Of a stretch of 64,000 nucleotides of DNA, positions 11,101-18,100 are shown one piece after another. Position 1 is the first letter of the stretch. The number at the start of each line of letters is the position of its first letter. Below the pieces are notes generated by a model. The model was not told the origin of the DNA, did not search any database, and saw only the letters and a list, made by a program, of their open reading frames with translations. The translations under genes and the position numbers were made by a program. This DNA comes from Pirellulales bacterium (lineage in GTDB: Bacteria > Planctomycetota > Planctomycetia > Pirellulales > PALSA-1355), in assembly GCA_963733035.1 (NCBI GenBank), contig CAVTBU010000004.1, forward strand, positions 128,001 to 192,000, written 5' to 3'.

Positions 11101-11217
11101 GGACGCAAGCCGCGCGACGGGGAGATACAAGCCCTCGTGGTCTACGCCTCGAAGTTTGGGCTGGCGAATGCTTGCCGCGTCATTCTCAACAGCAATGAGT
11201 TCATGTTCGTCGACTGA
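8185..11217 (+). CDS. Planctomycete cytochrome c / DUF1549 / discoidin (F5/8 type C) / DUF1553 (PSD1) protein
   Basis: N-terminal CVGCH; RRLTYDLHGLPP, YGERWGRHWLD, CARCHNHKFDPI; internal WVQVDLG..GRYVRV insert; NRVWQYHFGRGLV, PTHPELL, C-terminal ILNSNEFMFVD. Confidence 0.9.
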   Translation: MAFRPRLCDRPFTDATRLLWSLCLACSLASAQAADFQDQIAPIFERHCVGCHSGAEPKGGLDLTTGSRAFAGGESGELLAPGKPANSLLLDYISGESPEMPKDALPLAAKQVEAIRQWIAAGAPWPEDVVLTDKKAIDTNWWSLLSWQAIHVPQGDDPWIRTPVDAFILAKLREQKLSPSAAADRRTLIRRLTYDLHGLPPTPEEIDAFIADTREGAYGRLVDRLLASPRYGERWGRHWLDIVHYGESHGYDKDKPRPNAWPYRDYVIESLNQDKPYDRFVAEQIAGDVLFSTDPAATVATGFIVAGPWDFVGHVELREGTADKDIARSNDRDDMVANAMSTFVSLTVHCARCHNHKFDPILQKDYYALQAVFAGVDRADRKYDADPVVGGRRLALANEKRQLEQQLGRIQQRMKEVTSPEIAGVDVRIKIWQAELAALPKSQPSQTLGYHSQIMPMQQVVKWVQVDLGKRQTLDEIVLVPAHVVYGGHPGPGFGFPPRYKVEVSDDPEFTTSRILVDHTAADVPHPGDTWQHIPAVGAAGRYVRVTATKLWKRTDDWIFALGELIALSGGQNVAFGRPVTGLDSIEAAPSWAAKNLVDGFSSLEKIASEEGLPLRREELEKHLQEAGELRERLVRQQLDDVTRSQLTLFEKLLPDVESALAALPAQQVVYAATHEFDSQGSFRPAPEPRPVHLLARGDVRSPQELVAPGAVACVQGPDANFPLEAPQNEGARRAALAQWLVDPRNALMRRSIVNRVWQYHFGRGLVDSPNDFGRMGSLPTHPELLEWLARWFADHGHSLKQLHRLLLTSAVYQQSSASNPEYQRLDAGNRYLWRMNRTRLDAECVRDAMLYVTGRLDLAMGGPSVQQFYFKDDHSPVYDYTRFDVDDPRSLRRSVYRFLVRSVPDPFMDCLDCADPSIMTPKRNTTLTSIQALAILNNPLVVRQAEHFAERLRTLHVAPSAQIEEAYRLALGRKPRDGEIQALVVYASKFGLANACRVILNSNEFMFVD

Positions 11218-11232
11218 ACACCCGGACTGGCC

Positions 11233-12684
11233 ATGAAATCCTCCGCACCTCAAAGACCCACTCGTCGCGAGTTCCTGTGGCACAGCGGCGGCGGATTGGG
11301 GGGCGTTGCACTTGCACATTTGCTCGCCGAGGCCGGTTTGCTTGGTGAGGCAAACGCAGCCGAAACGCAGGGACAACCGATCGCCGGATTGCACCACCCG
11401 CCAAAAGCAAAACGCGTCGTGCAGTTCTTCATGTCGGGGGCGGCCAGCCAGTGCGACATGTTCGACTACAAGCCCGAGCTCATCCAGCGAAACGGCCAGA
11501 CCTGGGACCCCGGCGAAAAAGTGGAGTTGTTTCAGAGCACGCCGGGCGCTTGCATGGCCAGCCCCTGGGCGTGGAAGCAATATGGCGAGTGTGGCCATTG
11601 GATGAGCGACCTGGTGCCGCACTTGGCTACCTGTGTCGACGACATCGCGTTTTTGCACGCCATGATCTCCAAGTCGAACGTGCACGGGCCCGCCACGTTC
11701 ATGCAGAACACCGGCTTCGTACTGCCGGGGTTTCCGAGCATGGGGGCCTGGGTTTCGTATGGCCTGGGCAGTCTGACCGACAACCTGCCGACCTTCGTGG
11801 TGCTGCCCGACGCGCGCGGCTTTGCGCCAAACGGCCCTGGTAACTGGAGTTCCGGCTTTCTGCCGGCCGCGCACCAGGGAACGCTGATCAAGCCCTCGGC
11901 CGCGAATCCAATCGCCGACTTGTTTCCTCCCGATGACGCCAAGTTCATCACGCCGGAGAGCGAATCCGAGGGACTGGCACTTCTCAAGGAGCTCAACGAA
12001 CAGCATCTGGCCGAGCGAGCGGGCGACTCGCGGCTCGATGCCCGAATCGCTTCCTACGAGTTGGCAGCCAAGCTGCAACTTAGCGCGCCCGAGGTACTCG
12101 ACATCGCCTCGGAAACAGCCGCCACACAACGCAGCTACGGGCTGGAAGACAAAGTGACGGAGGATTTTGGCCGCAATTGCCTGATCGCGCGGCGGCTGCT
12201 CGAACGGGGCGTGCGGTTTGTACAGGTGTGGAGCGGAGCCGACAACGGCTTTCCGCGCCGCAACTGGGACAGTCACGAGGACATCGCCCGCGACCACGGC
12301 GACATGGGCCGCAGCATGGATCAGCCCGCTGCGGCACTGATCAAGGATTTGAAAGCCCGCGGCATGCTCGACGATACGATTGTGATCTGGACCACGGAGT
12401 TCGGCCGCATGCCTTGCAGCCAGGGTGGAAAGGGACGCGATCACAACCCGTTCGCGTTTACTTCGTGGTTGGGCGGTGGCGGGGTTCGCGGCGGCGTCAG
12501 CTACGGGGCGAGCGACGAGTGGTCGTACAAGGCGGTCGAGAACCCGACTTACTGCTACGACCTGCACGCCACGGTTTTGCACCTGTTGGGCATCAATCAC
12601 GAAAAACTCACTTTCCGCCACAACGGCATCGACCGCCGCCTGACGGACGTGCACGGACACGTGATTCAGGAAATCGTCGCCTGA
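11233..12684 (+). CDS. DUF1501 domain protein (Tat signal)
   Basis: TRREFL twin-arginine signal, KAKRVVQFFMSGAASQ, ARRLLERGVRFVQ, WDSH, TEFGRMP, GRDHN. Confidence 0.9.
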   Translation: MKSSAPQRPTRREFLWHSGGGLGGVALAHLLAEAGLLGEANAAETQGQPIAGLHHPPKAKRVVQFFMSGAASQCDMFDYKPELIQRNGQTWDPGEKVELFQSTPGACMASPWAWKQYGECGHWMSDLVPHLATCVDDIAFLHAMISKSNVHGPATFMQNTGFVLPGFPSMGAWVSYGLGSLTDNLPTFVVLPDARGFAPNGPGNWSSGFLPAAHQGTLIKPSAANPIADLFPPDDAKFITPESESEGLALLKELNEQHLAERAGDSRLDARIASYELAAKLQLSAPEVLDIASETAATQRSYGLEDKVTEDFGRNCLIARRLLERGVRFVQVWSGADNGFPRRNWDSHEDIARDHGDMGRSMDQPAAALIKDLKARGMLDDTIVIWTTEFGRMPCSQGGKGRDHNPFAFTSWLGGGGVRGGVSYGASDEWSYKAVENPTYCYDLHATVLHLLGINHEKLTFRHNGIDRRLTDVHGHVIQEIVA

Positions 12685-12776
12685 TTCGCGGCCGATTGCC
12701 CCTGGGAGCCGATCGTCATCACGACTATCATGGCCGTGTGTGCTGATGCCTCGGTTCGTGCCCGCCTCAAGACGCC

Positions 12777-13973
12777 ATGATCTCGCCAGAATCCGCCACT
12801 CCCCGCGCTGCCTCTGCTTGCTCTGAACTAGCCGACACGCGTGAGGCCGCTCAGGACGTTTGTCGTCGCGCACTCGGCAACCTCGGCGCGTCACCGCATC
12901 TGGCCGTGGTTTTCGCTTCGTTCCAGCACCAGTCGCGATTTGCCGAACTGGCCGCCGTGTTGCACGAGGAATTGCGCACCGACTGCATCGTGGGCTGCAC
13001 CGGCGAATCGATCGTGGCCGGCAGTCGCGAGCTTGAGGGAACCCCGGCCGTGGCGCTCTGGCTGGCGCACCTCCCCGGCACGACGTTGCTGCCGATGCAA
13101 CTGGAATTTCAAGCCACGCCCGACGGTGGGACGTTCGGCGGCTGGCATCCGGCGCTCGACGGCGACTGGCCGGCGGGCGCCAGTATGCTGTTGCTGGGTG
13201 AACCGTATAGTTTTCCGGCCGACGTGCTGCTCGCCCGACTCAATGAAGACCACGGCGGTGTCGCGGTCGCGGGGGGCATGGCCAGCGGCGGTTGGGGTGT
13301 CGGGCAGAATCGACTCATCCTCGGCGGCCACGAAATCGATCGTGGGGCGGTGGCCGTCCTTCTGCACGGCGCCACGCGAATGCGAACGGTTGTGAGCCAG
13401 GGCTGCCGGCCCGTCGGCTGGCCGCTGGTCGTGACCAAAGTCGAGCGAAACGTGCTGCTGGAACTTGGCGGCAAGCCGGCGCTGGCCCAGTTGCAGGAGA
13501 TCTTCGGCACACTGACGCCGCACGAGCAGGGCCTGTTTCGCGATGGTTTGCACGTGGGCCAGGTTATCAACGAATACCAGGACCAGTTCGGCCGCGGCGA
13601 TTTTCTGGTGCGCAACGTACAAGGCGCCGACCCCAAGTCGGGTGCCATCGCCGTGAGCGATTACTTGCGCGTGGGGCAAACCGTGCAGTTTCATGTGCGC
13701 GACGCTGGCACGGCCGACGAGGACCTGGAGGCAATGCTCGCCGCGGCGGGCAACGACGCGAACGGTCGAACGCTAGCCGCCCTGCTCTTCACCTGCAACG
13801 GGCGCGGCACGCGACTGTTCGAAAAGCCAAACCACGACGCGTCGGCCCTGGCCCACCATTACGCGAAACTGCCCGTCGCTGGATTCTTCGCCCAAGGCGA
13901 AATCGGCCCGGTGGGCGGCAAGAACTTTTTGCACGGCTTCACCGCCAGCATCGCGCTGTTTGAACAGGCTTAG
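12777..13973 (+). CDS. FIST N/C domain sensor protein (NosP-like)
   Basis: GCTGESIV, GGMASGG, VSQGCRPVG, LLFTCNGRG, GFFAQGEIGPVGGKNFLHGFTAS. Confidence 0.85.
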   Translation: MISPESATPRAASACSELADTREAAQDVCRRALGNLGASPHLAVVFASFQHQSRFAELAAVLHEELRTDCIVGCTGESIVAGSRELEGTPAVALWLAHLPGTTLLPMQLEFQATPDGGTFGGWHPALDGDWPAGASMLLLGEPYSFPADVLLARLNEDHGGVAVAGGMASGGWGVGQNRLILGGHEIDRGAVAVLLHGATRMRTVVSQGCRPVGWPLVVTKVERNVLLELGGKPALAQLQEIFGTLTPHEQGLFRDGLHVGQVINEYQDQFGRGDFLVRNVQGADPKSGAIAVSDYLRVGQTVQFHVRDAGTADEDLEAMLAAAGNDANGRTLAALLFTCNGRGTRLFEKPNHDASALAHHYAKLPVAGFFAQGEIGPVGGKNFLHGFTASIALFEQA

Positions 13974-15046
13974 CCGCGGGTGGCCATCACTACGAGTATC
14001 AGCGCGTGCAAAAGCGCGAGCCCAACGATCCCTCCCAGGAGCTGACGCTTGATTTTCGAACGCGCGCGGGCGGCAAGTTGGCTCGCAGAGCCGCACAGGA
14101 GTCGGTTGGCGGGCCCCTTTGGACCCGAAGGAACGAGGCCCTCCCGCTCGGCGCTGTAGATGCCGATCACGCACACTTGTTCGCCGAGGGCGATCCGCTT
14201 TTCCAACAGCTTAGGAAGCGGAATGTCGGGTAGGCGAGGCGACTGATCTTCGTCGCTGGCTTCGTCGTCCTCATCGTTACCGTTCTCGATGCCACCTTCG
14301 TCACCTTCTTCCGGCGCGTCCAAGTCGGCCCGGCTTTCATCGTCCTGCGTCTTCTCCCACGCGGCCAGCCGCTCGAGTCCGGCCGCGGACTCGGGTGGAA
14401 AAAGCTCTTCGAGGGTTATACGACCCAGCTGCATATTCTTTTCGACGTAGCCGTCGTCGTCCGACCAGACGACGTCGAATGCCGAAACGGCCGTAACCAG
14501 TTTCAGGCCGGTGCGGTCCTCGAAATCGTGTGACGCCAGAAACTGCCGCGCATTCCAGGCGGCCGCGTAACCCCGGCAACGGCGCTGCTCCACGCCTTCG
14601 AGCACTGGAAAACCCAACAACCGCACTGCTCCGAGCGGCGAGCGAATTTCCGACGGCGTCATCAGAAATCCCACATAGTCCGATCCGCCCGTGCCCGCGT
14701 TCTCCCCGCCCGCGCTCCGCGACAGATCATATTCGCAAATCACGCACTGCTTGCCGCTGAAAGGCGCGGCGAGAGGACGTTCGAGCGGCTGAATCGTGCC
14801 GCACACGGCGACCAGCGTGCCGTCGATCAACTGGGTATCTCGCGCCGCGGCCGAGAGCAGCCGCCAATCGCGCCACGCGGTGCGGGCATTGCCAATGAGC
14901 CCCAAGCAGAAGAACACGATGCACCCCACCACGCCGCCAAAGACCAGGCTTGGCGTCCGCTCGAAATGCAGGCTAAACCAATACGCATAGCCGGCCACCA
15001 GCACTACCAGCAGGCCCAGCGACATCAGGCAGCCACGCAACAACAT
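13970..15046 (-). CDS. Membrane protein, possibly GIDE-like domain, with acidic low-complexity insert
   Basis: Two N-terminal and one C-terminal TM helices; GTIQP..PLAAPFSGKQCVICEY and EKRIALGEQVCVIG resemble the GIDE-domain pattern. Confidence 0.5.
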   Translation of the reverse strand: MLLRGCLMSLGLLVVLVAGYAYWFSLHFERTPSLVFGGVVGCIVFFCLGLIGNARTAWRDWRLLSAAARDTQLIDGTLVAVCGTIQPLERPLAAPFSGKQCVICEYDLSRSAGGENAGTGGSDYVGFLMTPSEIRSPLGAVRLLGFPVLEGVEQRRCRGYAAAWNARQFLASHDFEDRTGLKLVTAVSAFDVVWSDDDGYVEKNMQLGRITLEELFPPESAAGLERLAAWEKTQDDESRADLDAPEEGDEGGIENGNDEDDEASDEDQSPRLPDIPLPKLLEKRIALGEQVCVIGIYSAEREGLVPSGPKGPANRLLCGSASQLAARARSKIKRQLLGGIVGLALLHALILVVMATRG

Positions 15047-15070
15047 CGCATTATGCCAGCTAAGGTAGCA

Positions 15071-15125
15071 AAAGGCGTCAGGCACCTTTCCGATTTAGAC
15101 CACGAACGAGGCGCCTGACACCTTT
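15071..15125. repeat. Inverted pair of short palindromic REP-like units
   Basis: AAAGGCGTCAGGCACCTTT (15071-15089) and AGGCGCCTGACACCTTT (15109-15125) are reverse complements at 15/17 positions; intergenic, just past the stop of the 1655-aa gene. Confidence 0.65.
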
Positions 15126-15137
15126 CTTGTGTTTCGC

Positions 15138-18100
15138 CTAGTGGGCATGGCCGTGCTGATGGCCGCCGTCGCTCTTGAATAGCGCGTGGTCCGCGTCGCC
15201 GCGGGCCAGCACGTAAGCGATCAAGTCGAGAATCTCCTCGCGCGACAGCTTGTCGAGCAGGCCCTTGGGCATGATCGACGAGGGGCTCTTCAGCCGCTTC
15301 TCCACTTCGGCCGGGTTCAACTCGACCGCGGTGGTGCTGGCCAGCGGGTTCTCGATCACCTTGATCTTGTCCGGCGTCTCTTCGAGCACCAGGCCCGTGA
15401 TAACCCGGCCCGAATCGAGCTGGAAGACATACGACTGGAACTTTTCGTTGATCCGCGCCGAGGGATCGAGCAATTCGTTCAACACGTCGAGTGCCTTGAA
15501 TTTTTCGTCGAGCTTGGCCAGGTCCGGACCGAACTGGTTGCCCGCGCCGTTCAACTTATGACAGGCAATGCAACCGGCAACCTGGAAGAGCTGTTTGCCA
15601 TTGCCGTGCGAGCGACCTTGCTTGAGTCCACCGACCGGCCCGGCCAGATCGTCGAATTTCCACTCGGTTCGCGGCCGCCGGTCCTTGAGCAGCTCGTCCT
15701 TGATTTCCAGCGGGTGCGAGGCGAGGTAGGCCTCGGGATCTTCCAGGTAAGCATCCAGATCGGCCACGACGTACAGCGCGCCGTACATCCGCCGCCAGTG
15801 ACCGGGATAGGTGCACACGAAGGGGTACACGCCGGGTTTCGTGGGCGCGGTAAAGCTCAGCTTTTGCGATTCGCGGGGCTGCAACAGCTTGCTGCCCAAC
15901 AGCACGAACGGCGAATTCGGAACGAAATTGCGCTTGGCGGCGTCGGGCTGCTGGGCGGTTGCCTCGGCCGTGGTGCCAATCTCCTCGAGCGTCCCCGGCT
16001 GGATGATCACGAAGTTGTGCGGCATCAGGTCCGAGTTCTCGAAGAAGAACTCGACTGGCTTGCCGGCCCGCACGGCGATCACGTCCTTGTCGTACGACAT
16101 CCGCTCGAACAGCGTGCCGACTTTAATCACCCGCACGCCCAACTCGCCCAGTTCCGCCCGGGCCCGCCGCGCGTCGTCTGTCGGCAGCAACGCGGCAAGT
16201 GCGTGGGCGAACTCCATCGCGTTCAGCGCGTCGGGCGTCGTGCGGTCAGTGGCGTCCAACTTGCGAATCGATTCGGTGACGGCCTGGAGCAGCGGTCGGG
16301 CCTGGTCCTTGGGCCAGTCCTCGCGGCGAATGTGCTGCAGCGCCCGAATAGCCGCGGCTCGATCTCGGTCACTGGCCACATGCGGAGCCAGCAGCGCAAA
16401 CGTGTTTGCCTCCTGACCACGCACGTAGGTCAGCGCCATCATGGCCGCCTGACGCACGGCCACGGCCGCGTCGCCGGCCCCCACGGCCAGCGAGACGCTG
16501 CCTTTGGGAGCTTCGATGCCCTCTTTGACGAATACTTCGTTGCGCTCGCCATCGAGCACCTTCAGCGTGAAGCCGTTCAACCGGCCGCCGAGGAACCCGT
16601 CGCCCCGGTTGTAAACCACGATCGACTCGATCGGCACTTCGGCACCCAGGTCGACTTCCCACCAAGGCTTTCGCGAGTTCTCCTCGGTATGCGTCTGGCC
16701 ACCGTCGTTGTACGAGGGGCTCTTGTTGCCGTCGATGGCCCGCTTGGCGTCGCCGCCGTGAGCGGTCGAGCTTTGACTGGCCCGTCCCGAACGGGCCACG
16801 TTTTGGTCGCCGCTCATGACCTCTACTTCGGCCAGCGTCAACGTGCCGCGCTTCGGCAATTCGATGCGCACATAACGGCCCGCCAGGCTCTTGCCGTCGG
16901 GGCGAAGCGACTGGGGCAGGTTGTCGACCAGCGGCACGATCCGCTCGTAGAGGCTGGCCCGAATGCTACCGTCGGCCACCAAGGGCATCGCGCCGACAAA
17001 GTCGCGGAGCGAATCGGCAGATTCCTGTGCCAGCTGCCAGGCCTTGTCGGCCGACTTATCGATGTTCATTAGCGAGACGTAGCCGATCTGACGCAGCACC
17101 GGCTGACGAGCCGAGGTCGCCAATTTTTCCAATTCTGCCCTGGCTGGCGCGAGCTCGTTCGCGGGCAGCGCGGTCAGTTGGCGTACGAGATCAAACACCA
17201 GGCTCGGGTCGACCTCGCCCTGCGACGCGTCGAGCGATTGCAGAGCCCCGATAATGACGTCCAGGTTCGAGGTACCGGTCACTTTGGCCAACTCGGCGAT
17301 GGCCGCCGCGCGATCGGCGTCAAGAATGCCGGGCCGACGGAGAATCTCGCCGCACACCTGTTCCGTTCGATCCATGGCCAACAGACGCTCGTTACGCACG
17401 TGCTGCAGCAAGTAGCGTCGGCCGGCGTCGGTCGTGAACGCGATGTCGCGTCCATCGTCGATCGCCGGCTTCCAATAGCGGTCAAGCGTCTTCAGCGTTT
17501 CGCCATGCACGAACTTGATGTACTCGTCCTGCGGTCTTTCCGCCGCAATCACCGCGATCTCCACGGCCTCGGGCACCGTAAAGAAGCTGGCCGCCCGCAC
17601 CGCCTCCAAGCGCACGCGAGGATGCTCGTCGGCCGCCAACTTGCGAAAGCGGTCGAGGGCGTCGGAAACCTGCTCGCGCTGATAGCCCAGCACGCGAGCT
17701 GCGGCGGCGCAGGCGCGGAAGTCGGGCGAGGCCAGCACGCGATCGAGCAGCGCCAGGTTGACGTGGTTGTGCTGCTGGTTGAGCCAGAGCGCTTCGAGCA
17801 AGTGGTGCTCGTGGTCGGCGTCTTTCGGGTCGAGCGATGCGACCCATTTGTCCGCCGCGGCCAGCACTTCGGCGCTGGGCCGGCCGCTCAATTCGATGCG
17901 AGCCCGATAGCGATCTCGCGATTCGGGCAGCTGTAGCACGTCGAGTAGTTTTTCGACCGGCTCGCCGGCAACCTTCGGCGGGTTCGCCAGCGGACGTCCT
18001 TCGTAGGTCACACGGTACACGCGCCCGTGCGTGCGATCTCGGCTCGGGTCGCGGAGGTTGTGTTGCATGTGGCCGATGATCGGATTCTGCCAGTCGACGA

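Noticed and set aside
10993..12894. 633-aa minus-strand ORF
   Set aside because: Antisense shadow of the DUF1501 gene. Long stop-free antisense frames are expected from GC-rich codon bias, and it has no recognisable motifs.
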